A stretch of 64,000 nt of DNA, taken from NCBI RefSeq assembly GCF_009914755.1, contig NC_060926.1; one strand, given 5' to 3'. A program made the position numbers and the translations under genes. Below, piece after piece: positions 25,640 to 42,343 of this stretch; position 1 is the stretch's first letter, and every line of letters starts with the position of its first letter. The notes under the pieces were generated by a model, which saw only the letters and a program-made list of their open reading frames with translations, was not told the origin of the DNA and searched no databases. This DNA comes from the human T2T-CHM13v2.0 reference genome, Homo sapiens.

Positions 25640-28330
25640 GTACCCACTGAATCTAAAACAAAAGTTGGAAAATAAAAACAACAATAGGATATTTAGAATA
25701 TCCTCAAATTTGGAAATTAAGCAATACACTTGTAAAGAGTTCATGAGTTGAAAAGATAAACTGAAAAATAATTTGAGCTGAGTGATAATGAAAACACCAT
25801 ATATCATAATTTGTGGTGTGCAGCAGCTAAAGTATTACAGGAGAATTTATAGCTTTGAACAAGAAAAAGGGTTTAAAATCAATTACTCAAGCTTCCACCT
25901 TAAGGCACGCACCACCATGCCTGGCTAATTTTTGTGGGGTTTTTTTTGAAGAGATGGAGTCCCACTATATTGTTGAGGCTGGTCTTGAACTCCTGGCCTC
26001 AAGTGATGCTCCTGCCCCAGCCTCCCAAAGTGTTGGGATTTCAGGCATGAACCACTGCATGAGCCATGAAATTATATTTATATTACACATTATCTTTCAG
26101 AAAATAAAGGTGGAGAAAACAACTTTCCAAATGGTTCTATGTCCAGCATAACCTTGATAATAAAACCTGACACATTATAAGAAAATTCCCAAATAATATC
26201 TTTCACAAACATAAACACAAAAATCCCCCACAAAATATTAACAAATTAAATCAATCAAAATATAGAAAGTATTTGTAATGCAGGTTGTAGTCAGGGCAAC
26301 TAAGTGAGAACAGAAATAAAAGGTATCCAGATTAGAAAGAAAGAAGTAAAACGATTTCTACACACAGATAGCGTGATCTCATATACAGAAAGCCCTAAGG
26401 AATCCACTAACTATAAAAACTAACAATTCAGCAAGGTTTCAGACTACAATATCAATATATAAAAATCAATTTTATGTCTATACACTTTCAATGAATTCAA
26501 AATAAACTCAAAAACAAAACTAAGAAAATTTATAATTGCAGCAAAAAGACAGGAATAAATTTAACAAAAGAAGTGCAAAATTAATAGTCTGCAAACTATA
26601 AAACATTATTGAAAGAAATTAGGTATTACAATAAATGGAAAAACATCCCATGTTCATGGATCAGAAGACTTAATATTGTTAAAATGGCAATCTCTATTAG
26701 AATCCCAGATATCATTGTGGAAATTGACAAGCTGATACTAAAGTTCATATAAAATCGCAAAGGGTACATAAGAGCTAAAACAATCTTGAAAACACAGAAA
26801 GCAAAGTAGAAAAAAATCACACCTCTCAATTTCAAAATTTACTCCAAAATGATGGCAACCAAAATAGTGTGGTGCTAGCACAAGGACAGAATATAGGTAA
26901 AAGGAACTGAATTGAGAGACCATGTTTCTATGGTCAACTGATTTTGACAAGAATGCCACAACCATTCAGTGAGGAGAAGAATAGTCTTTTCAACAAATGG
27001 GGCTGGAACTATTGGATATCCACATGCAAAATAATGAGGCTGAACCCTTACCTCATACCATATACAAAAATAAACTTAAAATGTATCAAAGACCTAAATT
27101 TAAAACGGAAAACCATAAAAACTCATTGAAGAAAACATAGACATAAATCTTCATGACCTCAGATTTGGCAAAGGATTCTTACATATGGCATGAAACGTAT
27201 GAACAACAAAAGAAAAAAAATTGATAATTTGAACTTGATAAAAATTAAAACCTTGTCCTTCAAAGGAAACCACCAATAAAGTGAAATAACAATTTCACAG
27301 AATGGGAGAAAATATTTGCAAATCATATCTCTTATATGGGACTTTCCAAAATATATAAATAACACAACTTACTAAGAAAAAAGACAGCCCAAATTAAAAA
27401 TAGGCAAACCACAATAAACATTTCTTCAAGGAAAATATACAAATGGCCAATAAGCACATGAAAGATGTTTAACGTAATTATTTATCAGAGAAATGCAAAT
27501 AAAAACACAAATGAGATACCAATTCAAACACACAAGGATGGCTAGAATCAAAAAGTTAGATAATAAAAAGTGTTGGTAAGGATGAGGAGAAATCAGAACC
27601 CTCATATGTTGCTGGTGGAGTTGTAAAATGGTGCAGCCACTTTGGAAAACAATAGGTAATTCCTAAAGTGATTAAACATAGAGAGACAATATGACCCAGC
27701 AATTCCACTCCTAGATATGTACTCAAGAGAATTAAAAACATGTTTTCAGTCAGATGTGGTAGCGCATGCCTATAATCCCAGTACTTTGCGAGGAAAGGCA
27801 GGTGGATTGCTTGAGCTCAGGCTTTAGAGACCAGCATGGACAACAAAGTGAGACTCCATCTCTAAACAAAATACAAAAATTAGCTGGGTGTGGTGGCATG
27901 TGCCTGTAGTCCCAGCTACTCAGGAGGCTAAGGAGGGAGAATGGCAAGGCTGCAGTGAGCCAAGACCATGCCACTGCACCCTAGACTGGGCAACAGAGCC
28001 ACACCCTGTCTCAAAAAACAAAACAAAACAAAAACAGGCATTCAAACAAAAACTTATGCACAAATGTTTTTGTGTATACACAGCAGAATTATTCATAAAA
28101 GTCAGAAAGTGTCAAACGTCCAACAAGTGATGAATGAATAAACACATATGGCTTATCCATATAATGAAATATTATCTGGTCATAAGAAAAAATGCTGATA
28201 CTTGCTGAAGTATGCATGAATCTTGAAAACATTGTGACTAAATTAAATAAGCCAGTCACAGAAAACCACATATTATATGACTCCATTTATACAAAATGTC
28301 AAGCATAGGAGTATCTCTACAGACAGACAA
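25640..28330 (+). mobile_element. Old L1M (L1MA/MB-like) ORF2 3' half and 3' UTR, interrupted by Alus at ~25903-26065 (-) and ~27749-28035 (+)
   Basis: Degenerate ORF2 pieces, e.g. ORF 26944-27129 (NSLFNKWGWNYWISTCK...PYTKIN), and CCCAGCAATTCCACTCCTAGATAT. Confidence 0.75.
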
Positions 28331-29204
28331 GTAGATTGTTCTTTTTTTAATCCTATGTTATAAAAGGAATACTTTGTTATGACCAAGTGTAGGTTATCCC
28401 AAGTATGCAACGTTGGTTTCACACATGAAAAGTACAACATGAGTAGGATAAAGGATAAGATCCTATCATGGACTCAATAGAAAACATATTTGACAAAATT
28501 TTACACTTATGCATGATAAAAACTCTCAAACTAGGAATAGAAGGAAATTTCCTGAATTTAATAAGTGCAAAATCTATAGCAAAGACCACACTTAAGGATA
28601 AAACAGTGAATATTTTCCTCTTAAGAACAGAAAAAAAATGCAAGGATGTTCATTATCACTTCTATTCAACATTGTATTACAAGTCCCAATAAATGTAATA
28701 AGGCAAGAAAAAGAACTACAAGGCATAAACATTGTGGGGGGAAAGTAAATTAACAAGTAGATTCCAAAATTTACAGAAAAAATGCAAATAATCTAAAATA
28801 GTCAAAATAATGTTGAAAACAGAATAAGTAGGACAATACACAATCTATAAAACTACAGTAATCAAGATAGTGTGTGTTGCCATAAGCAAAGACATGTAGA
28901 CCAATAAAATAGAAGAGGAGTTCAGAAATTGACACACACAAGCATAGCATCCATTGATTTTTTTTTTTTACCATTATTTTTTTTTCTTTTTTTTTTATTA
29001 TTATACTTTAAGTTTTAGGGTACATGTGCACATTGTGCAGGTTAGTTACATATGTATACATGTGCGATGCTGGTGCGCTGCACCCACTAACTCGTCATCT
29101 AGCATTAGGTATATCTCCCAATGCTATCCCTCTCCCCTCCCCCCACCCCACAACAGTCCCCAGAGTGTGATATTCCCCTTCCTGTGTCCATGTGATCTCA
29201 TTGT

Positions 29205-33058
<3,854 letters not shown>

Positions 33059-33094
33059 TTAGTTGATACAGTTTCTTCCTAGTCTCGATGGTCT

Positions 33095-34111
33095 TTACAT
33101 TTTGGCATGATTTTGCAGCAGCTGGTACTGGTTGTTCCTTTCCATGTTTAGCGCTTCCTTCAGGAGCTCTTTTAGGGCAGGCCTGGTGGTGACAAAATCT
33201 CTCAGCATTTGCTTTTCTGTAAAGTATTTTATTTCTCCTTCACTTATGAAGCTTAGTTTGGCTGGATATGAAATTCTGGGTTGAAAATTCTTTTCTTTAA
33301 GAATGTTGAATATTGGCCCCCACTCTCTTCTGGCTTGTAGGGTTTCTGCCGAGAGATCCGCTGTTAGTCTGATGGGCTTCCCTTTGAGGGTAACCCGACC
33401 TTTCTCTCTGGCTGCCCTTAACATTTTTTCCTTCATTTCAACTTTGGTGAATCTGACAATTATGTGTCTTGGAGTTGCTCTTCTCGAGGAGTATCTTTGT
33501 GGCGTTCTCTGTATTTCCTGAATCTGAACATTGGCCTGCCTTGCTAGATTGGGGAAGTTCTCCTGGATAATATCCTGCAGAGTGTTTTCCAACTTGGTTC
33601 CATTCTCCCCATCACTTTCAGGTACACCAATCAGAGGTAGATTTGGTCTTTTCACATAGTCCCATATTTCTTGGAGGCTTTGCTCATTTCTTTTTATTCT
33701 TTTTTCTCTAAACTTCCCTTCTCACTTCATTTCATTCATTTCATCTTCCATTGCTGACACCCTTTCTTCCAGTTGATCGCATCAGCTCCTGAGGCTTCTG
33801 CATTCTTCACGTAGTTCTCGAGCCTTGGTTTTCAGCTCCATCAGCTCCTTTAAGCACTTCTCTGTATTGGTTATTCTAGTTATACATTCTTCTAAATTTT
33901 TTTCAAAGTTTTCAACTTCTTTGCCTTTGGTTTGAATGTCCTCCCGTAGCTCAGAGTAATTTGATCGTCTGAAGCCTTCTTCTCTCAGCTCGTCAAAGTC
34001 ATTCTCCATCCAGCTTTGTTCTGTTGCTGGTGAGGAGCTGCGTTCCTTTGGAGGAGGAGAGGCGCTCTGATTTTTAGAGCTTCCAGTTTTTCTGTTCTGT
34101 TTTTTCCCCAT
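33095..34111 (-). pseudogene. L1 ORF1p, full length (338 codons) with two nonsense codons
   Basis: MGKKQNRKTG... to ...QNHAKM*, with in-frame TGA at 33782-84 and 33722-24, both at CGA(Arg) positions. Confidence 0.95.
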
Positions 34112-35017
34112 CTTTGTGGTTTTATCTACTTTTGGTCTTTGATGATGGTGATGTACAGATGGGTTTTTGGTGTGGATGTCCTTTCTGTTTGTTAGTTTTC
34201 CTTCTAACAGACAGGACCCTCAGCTGCAGGTCTGTTGGAATACCCTGCCATGTGAGGTGTCAGTGTGCCCCTGCTGGGGGGTGCCTCCCAGTTAGGCTGC
34301 TTGGGGGTCAGGGGTCAGGGACCCACTTGAAGAGGCAGTCTGCCGGTTCTCAGATCTCCAGCTGCGTGCTGGGAGAACCACTGCTCCCTTCAAAGCTGTC
34401 AGACAGGGACATTTAAGTCTGCAGAGGTTACTGCTGTCTTTTTGTTTGTCTGTGCCCTGCCCCCAGAGGTGGAGCCTACAGAGGCAGGCAGGCCTCCTTG
34501 AGCTGTGGTGGGCTCCACCCAGTTCGAGCTTCCTGGCTGCTTTGTTTACCTAAGCAAGCCTGGGCAATGGCGGGCGCCCCTCCCCCAGCCTCGCTGCCGC
34601 CTTGCAGTTTGATCTCAGACTGCTGTGCTAGCAATCAGCGAGATTCCGTGGGCGTAGGACCCTCCGAGCCAGGTGTGGGATATAGTCTCGTGGTGCGCCA
34701 TTTTTTAAGCCGGTCTGAAAAGCGCAATGTTCGGGTGGGAGTGACCCGATTTTCCAGGTGCGTCCATCACCCCTTTCTTTGACTCGGAAAGGGAACTCCC
34801 TGACCCTTTGCGCTTCCCAGGTGAGGCAATGCCTCGCCCTGCTTCGGCTCGCGCACGGTGCGCGCACCCACTGGCCTGCGCCCACTGTCTGGCACTCCCT
34901 AGTGAGATGAACCTGGTACCTCAGATGGAAATGCAGAAATCACCGGTCTTCTGCATCGGTCACGCTGGGAGCTGTAGACCGGAGCTGTTCCTATTCGGCC
35001 ATCTTGGCTCCTCCCCC
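34112..35017 (-). promoter_or_regulatory. L1 5' UTR: internal sense promoter, antisense promoter, CpG-rich
   Basis: YY1 site CAAGATGGCCG intact (34996-35006); CpG-rich over ~34560-35000; short (129-bp-deleted) UTR junction GTTGGAATACCCTGCC at ~34234-49. Confidence 0.85.
34567..34782 (+). CDS. L1 antisense ORF0, 71 aa, intact
   Basis: ATG in GCAATGG context, encoding MAGAPPPASLPPCSLISDCCASNQRDSVGVGPSEPGVGYSLVVRHFLSRSEKRNVRVGVTRFSRCVHHPFL*. Internal donor-like sites CAG|GTGTGG (34673) and CAG|GTGCGT (34758). Expression from this copy is unknown. Confidence 0.8.
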   Translation: MAGAPPPASLPPCSLISDCCASNQRDSVGVGPSEPGVGYSLVVRHFLSRSEKRNVRVGVTRFSRCVHHPFL

Positions 35018-35057
35018 GCATCCATTGATTTTTTAACAAAGGTACCGACACAATTCC

Positions 35058-35372
35058 TGTATTAGTCCATTCTCACATTGCCATAAAGAACTGCCTGAGA
35101 TTGGGTAATTTATAAAGGAAAGTAGTTCAATCGCATGGCAGAAGGGGAAGCAAAGGCATCTTTCTTCACATGATGACAGGTAGGAGAAGTGCAGAGCAAC
35201 AGGGGAAAAAACCCCTTATAAAACCATCAGATCTCGTGAGAATGCACTCACTATCCCGAGAACAGGATGGAGGAAACTGCCCCCATGATTCAATTATCTC
35301 CAGGACATGTGGAGATTATGGGAACTCAAATTCAAGATGAGATTTGGGTAGGGACACAGCCAAACCATAACA
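35058..35372 (-). mobile_element. MaLR solo LTR (MSTA/THE1D-like)
   Basis: TGTATTAGTCCATTCTCAC...GGGACACAGCCAAACCATAACA with a 5-bp TSD ATTCC (35053-57, 35373-77). Confidence 0.88.
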
Positions 35373-36147
35373 ATTCCTTTGGGAAAGCAAGTTCCCAAAT
35401 GGTGTTTGAACAACGGAAAATTAAATTAGTAAATCTCAACCTCCTACATCACTCTATGTACAAAAATTATTTCAAGATTAATCATTGACTTAAAATAAAA
35501 GTTAGAAAAATAAAGCATCTAGAAAAAACATTGAAGTAGATCTTCATACGTTTGAGATAGGCAAAGATTTCTTTAGAGCATAAAAAGCACCAAACATAAA
35601 ACAAAACTTGATAAATTACACAACATCAAAAATAAGAACTTCTGCACATTAAAAAATGTTGTAAGAAATAAAATCAAGCTTCAGACTTGGAGAAAATATT
35701 TACAACACAATTATTTTACAATACAAATATCTAACAAAGGACTTGTATTTAGAATATATAACGACCTGCAAATCAATAATGAAGAAATCTACTCAATAAA
35801 TATGCATATAATATGTAAACATTTTACCAAAAAAAATGACTTTTCAACATGAACATAAAAAGGTGCTTATCAGGGAAATAACAATTAAAACCACCACAAG
35901 ATACATACTAGAATGTTTAAAATAAAAAGGACTGAAAATACCAAGTTTTGGCAAGGAAGTGAAACCACTGGGAACTCTCATATATTGCTGGTGGAAATGT
36001 GAAATATCACAACCATTTAAAAAAACCTGTGGCAGTACCTTTTAAAGTTGGATATACATGGTATCCATGAATCCATTCCTAGGTGTCTACCTTAAAAAAA
36101 AGTGAAAACATTTTTCACTGGAAAATGTTAAAGATGTTTCATTGTAG

Positions 36148-36485
<338 letters not shown>

Positions 36486-36846
36486 ATGTTTTCACTTTTT
36501 TTAAAGATAAAAAGACTTGTATATGAATGATCATAGCCCCCTTATTCAAAATATTCAAAAATTTAAAATATCTCAAATGTCTGTCATGAAAGAATGGACA
36601 AAGAAATTGTGGTATATCTATACATGGAATAATACTCAGCAATTGAAAAGACAGTCTACAAATGGACAAAACCTCATGGATTCATATCAAAAAACATTAT
36701 AATGAACAACCAAAAGCAGATACAAAAATATGTAATGTATTATTCCATTTAGATGAAACAAAAGAATAATTGATGCTAATGCATGCTGATAAAAATCAGG
36801 ATGGTTGCTTTCAGGGTTGAAAGTTTGAGTTGAGGGAGATGCAAAG

Positions 36847-37248
36847 CACTTTCTGGTGTGAAGGAAATATTCTAGATCTTGTTTTGGGCGGCAGTTATAA
36901 GGATATCTACAAGTCAAAACTCATTAAACTGAACTCTTAAATTCTGTGCATTTTATTATATACAAATTATTTTGCAATAAGAATTAATTTTTAAAAAGCA
37001 ATAAAAATTGCTGCTCGGCGAAAACAAATTATGAATATACTATCTAACACACTTTCTGGTGTGAAGGAAATATTCTAGATCTTGTTTTGTGTGGCAGTTA
37101 CAAGGATATCTACAAGTCAAAACTCATTAAACTCAACTTTTAAATTCTGTGCATTTTATTACATATAAATTATTTTGCAAAAATAATTAATTAAAAAACA
37201 ATAAAAATTACTGTTCTGAGAAAACAAATTATGAATATACCATCTAAC
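36847..37248. repeat. ~203-bp tandem duplication (2 copies)
   Basis: CACTTTCTGGTGTGAAGGAAATATTCTAGATCTTG...ATCTAAC occurs at 36847-37049 and again at 37050-37248. Confidence 0.92.
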
Positions 37249-40200
37249 TCTACAGAGTACAGAAATAAAAAATATAGTAATATCTTTGACCTATTTGAAA
37301 GTCAACAAAAGAAAAGCAAGAAAGTGCCTACAATATGATTAAGTGAATGGCATTTATATATATGTATAATCATTTAAATGTTTACAGTTTAAAGGAAAAA
37401 ATAGTGAGGAAAAGAATGCTATGGTTTTCAAATCCTACGGTTTGTACTAAAGTTGTTTGTCTTTTTTTTTTTCTTAGCTACCTGGCATCTGAACTCCCTT
37501 TCTGTGCCTGTGAAATTTCCACCTTCAACTGCAGAAGCTGCAAAGCCAGATACTTGCTTTCATAGCCTCCATTACTTTGAGGGTAGGGCACATGAATAGG
37601 CTCAGTTACTCTGACTTCAGCTTGGATATTGACTTGGGAACTAGTGAGAAAAGAAGCACTCAGTGGAGAATTAGTTCTGGCAGCAATAGTAGCAGTTACC
37701 TCGAGGATCTGGTCACAGTTATAGCAGGGGGGTCATCCAGTAGCCAATGTCAGCAGCAAACAATGCCAATGCCAATGCTAGAGAAATGAGAGGTACAAAC
37801 CATTCATCTAGCATTTGCTGGCATCAGAAAAAATATCCTCACTAGTCAAGTTCTGCAGCATAATTTTAGCTTCAAAGCTATGCACTTTGTTTTATCCTGC
37901 CTGCCCATTTTTTAAGCCTTTTCTCTAGTGTTCCAAATGACTCTGTGAACTACTCAATATCCTTTCAACAAACTTCTTTTCCACTTGAATCATCCAGAGT
38001 TAATTTCTATTGCTGGCAATACTAACTCTGATGGAAAAATAAAATAATAAATGCACTCTAACACAGAATAACAGAAATAATGCTCCACCTAGTTAACAAG
38101 GATTTTACAAACAAGTAGAAGTTATTTGGTCTTCTTTTTAAAAATACGTTCTTAAAAATAACATTTTTGAGACCATGAATTCCACCTGTGTTTTCAAACT
38201 ATTTTTCACTATTAACATTATGTTTTAAAGGAGATACGTTTTCAAAAGATCCACTGGAAAAAATTAGACTTCTCCTATAATAATTTACACAGTGAGTGGC
38301 TGAGATTCTAAAGGAATATCATAAAATTATGATAATATTAAATAAAAGCAAATACTATCATAACTTTCAAGGAAACATGCGATGACTGATGTAGTATCAA
38401 AGGGATATGTTTTGGAAGATGCTCTCTTCTATGTGACTGAAAATATGGGGACATGCTATACATTCTATTTTTTCTTATTGATTGTGAATTTGTTAGTCAT
38501 CAATTTTGCTGAGTCTATTCAAAATTTCCACTTACATAAACTCTTTGAGTAATGAGTTTCATAGATATATTGTGTGCTATGCGAACTAGTACCTCTATTT
38601 CTTGGTTCCATTATTCTTGTACTATAGGATATTGTAAATAAACCTATGTTTTCTGTAACATATCTTTTGAAAAAATAATGCATCTTCTCAGAAAACTTTT
38701 CCTATCAAGAATTTTTGTTGTTGCTCTTCATCAGTCTAAGAAAAAACTGTCTTTTTTGTCCTTTTTTATTTTTGCCCATATTTTCCTCTTCATCCTCCAT
38801 TCCTATGCTCATAGCCCATCCTCACTGGCACCAATTCTGTGTTTAATGTAAACGTCCTTGAAAAATAGTGTTGTTTTATTTCGAGGATATACTGAAGTTA
38901 CCTAAATTTGAACATGATATGGATTTCATTATTTCTTATCTTGCTTTTGTGAAGATGACATTTTATGGAGACAAAAGATAAGTTCACACATAAAATTTCA
39001 GGTAGTGGTAAATGTAACAAGGAAATAAACACGGTGATTCAGTAGTGATTGGGTTACTTTATAAAAGATGGTCTCTTCTCAGAATGTTTTATTTGAGCTG
39101 AGAATAGAAACATATAAAAGATACTGTTACTAGGGGCATCCAGACCAAGAAAATGTTGGCTCTAAAGCAAGAATCAGTTTGATACACGAGACAAATCCAG
39201 GAGGCAACTACTCTGTCTGAAGCACACTCAGCACAGAAAAGGTGGTCCTAGATGAGGCAGGAGAAATTGGCAAGGAGTGGGTCATATAGGGCCTTGCAGG
39301 CTACAACCAGAAGCAAGAATTTTACTCTAAGAACAATTTGAGAGCCATTGGAAGGTTACAAAGCAGAGGAGCAATGTTGTTTTTTATTTAAAAAGATAGG
39401 TTGCTGTGAAAAAATTGGAAATCATCGAAGAATTAATGGGATTTCTTGTCAAGAGTATCAGATTCTATCTTCATTTTCTTCTGCTGTCTTCCAAAATCCC
39501 ATTAAAATGACAGTAAAGATATAGGGAAAAAAATATATATCCATGGGGAGAAGAGTAGGAGAAGTTTAATGACAACACTGTTTTGAAGCCTGGAAAGCAA
39601 ATTAATTAGTAGTTAGTCCAAAGCTATCATTGGAGAAAGCAGAGTAGTAATGCATTTCATACTACAGAACCACAGAAAGAATCAAGAACTGGTGGAACCA
39701 AGCGCCTCCAAAAGTGAGAAAGATACAGTTGGGGAGGAGAAGTAGTTGACGCTCCATTTACCAATCATTTAGACTCCTCGTTCCTCTCCTACACCCAAAC
39801 AGAAGCTTAGACATTCATTCACTGGAGAGGATAAGATAGAGTGTCTCTAGAACAGGGGCTACCAGCACAGTTAAGAATCTTATACTGAAAATTCATCCCC
39901 AGTCCTCTTCTCCCAATGATTCTCAGGTTTACACCTTCCAGGGTGATTGGAAGATTCTTCTCTGGGGATCTAACTTGTCATTTTGTTTTCCAGCACAATG
40001 GCCGCACTTGGGTCAGCCTACAGGAAAGACCATAGTCAATAAGCCCTCCTCAGACTCAAGAGCTTTTTAATAAGTATTCAATCCTCTGTTCAATATGAAC
40101 AATTAAAAATCACCAGACTTTAGAGGAAAGCATCTGTTATGAAATGCAGAGAGTAAATAGGGGGAAAAAAAGCAGCTTGGAGGAAATAGACTATGCAAGT

Positions 40201-42147
40201 AGATGAAACCTTTAAAAAAAGAACTACCATTAATATTTTTATTGATAATCTCAGAAAGACAAAAGAAAAAAATCACATTCACAAAATAATAGTGGTATTC
40301 AAGAAAAATTCAGAGAACAAGAATGTGCTTTTGGAAATTACAAATGACAGAAAAGAAAAACTCAATAGAAGGCTTAAAGGAGTACATTAAGAATACATCC
40401 TGGATATGCAAAGATACGGAATATAGATCAGAAAAGCTGCCCTCCTATATAGACTAGAGAATCAATATGTTAATGGTCTGATATAATAAGATTCCCAGAG
40501 AGAAACTGAGAATACAAAGGATAAAATTAATAAATATTTGGAAAAGATTTCATAATTTAATTACGTGAGTATTTAAAGAGCACAGTAAAGCATACTGTAA
40601 TATAAGACTTACAGTGAAATTTAACACATTGTGGCAAATAGGATATCTATAAGTATTCAGAGTGAAAATAATAAAATCACTAACAAAGAACCAAGAATCA
40701 AAAATAGACTGGAGTTATCAATACTGAAATTTAGAAAAACAAACAAACAAAACTTTTAAAATATTGAAAAAAATCCATCCAAGAAATCTATACTCAGCTA
40801 ACCTTCTAATTGTGAGGGTAGAATACAGGTATTTTGGATATAAGGGTCTCAAAAACTGTATGCATCCTAAACCGTTCCCCAGAATATTACTGTGTAATGT
40901 ACTCCTCCAAAATGAGGAAGTTAACCAAGAAAGAGGAAGTTATAGTATACACAAAACAGGAGACCTAACATATGAAAGAGAGAGAGGATACAGGATTTCC
41001 CCAGAAAGATGGTGAATGTGCCCAGCCTGACAATTGTTTGGATGCAGAAGTAGTGGTAGCAAATATTTTGGTTTATCCAGGGTTTGGGGTTTTCTAGGTA
41101 AGCACGATGGAGAAACAGACACATGAATTGACAGTGAACTCTTTCACTGTCATTGTTACAATGAGGAAATATTAAAACCATTCTGGATAAGAATAAAAGT
41201 ATAGACTAGAGGAGAATGATAGTGAACAAGTAGCAAAATCAATGGTTTAGAAGTCCTGAAGAGATAGAAAAAGTTTCTAGAGAGCAAGAACTAGCATAAA
41301 TGAGCTAGGAAAGGAGGTGGTAGTCAGAGACGTTAAGGTGATCAAGATGTTAGAGAAGATATAGTTTCTAGTGATGACCAGGGAATGTGTGGTTGAGGGA
41401 AGGAAATGTGGTTGTCAAATACAGAGAGCTCAGAATGCTGGAGTTATCTGCACCAATAATGAAGTCACCCATAGGGTGACACAAGTAGAGGTATAAAGAA
41501 AGAAAGGCCAACAGGAACTAAAGTATTCAATTAATGCAGGGAATGAATTAAGATAAATGACCTATAAATTCATGGTTGACAGCAGCACGAAGGGGTAGAG
41601 CATAATATATCCACATGACACGGCTTCAAATAAGCTGGGGCATTTTTGAAGAAGGACACACCTATCCCAAATCCTAGCCTTGAAGTGCAAGAGGAATGAT
41701 AGAAAACAAAAACAAAAAACAATAACCCTCACTAGAATTGGAAGATTTATCCTTAATTAATGTCCAGTTCAGTTAAGGCAAGACAATACGTAGAATTTTC
41801 AGAGACAAAATTGCTGATATAATAGAGTTTTCTAATCAAAGAAGTTTGCAGAGTAGAAAGTTATCAGAAGGTGGGGGATTTATCAACTTAGAGATATACA
41901 AAGGATGTAGGATCTGCCAGGGAAGAATAATGATGATAATGGTTGATAGAGAGGCATTGACTTCTGGTCGTACTAGAAGTAATTATGGATGTCAAGCATG
42001 GTCAAAGTCATCATGGTAGTCTCGAAGAACCCTGGGCATTGGTTCACTGGGTAGCCTTTCTATTCAAAGCGCGGTACCAGGGCCAGCCGCTTTGGTATCA
42101 CCTGAAAGTTTGTCAGAAATACAAAATTACAAGCTCTACCCCAGGCT

Positions 42148-42343
42148 TAATCAATCAGAATCTTATTCAATCTGATTGATTCTTAATCAGAATCTTATTC
42201 AATCTGATTGATTCTTAATGAATCAAAATCTTATTCAAACTGATTGATTCTTAATCAATCAGAATCTTATTCAATCTGATTGATTCTTAATGAATCAAAA
42301 TCTTATTCAAACTGATTGATTCTTAATCAATCAGAATCTTATT
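42148..42343. repeat. Palindromic 36-bp minisatellite (~5.5 units) inside a MER5-like DNA transposon remnant (~42050-42378)
   Basis: Unit TAATCAATCAGAATCTTATTCAATCTGATTGATTCT. Flanks resemble MER5A (ATCACCTG...GTCAGAAAT...CCCCAGGC and AAGGTTTAAGAAGCATT). Confidence 0.9.

Noticed and set aside
39440-41900. A-rich region with weak L1 ORF1-like and L2-like character
   Set aside because: Too degenerate to assign family or boundaries by eye; probably ancient LINE debris.
42148-42343. CRISPR-like array of 36-bp palindromic repeats
   Set aside because: The units are directly adjacent with no unique spacers, there are no cas genes, and the context is mammalian. It is a minisatellite.
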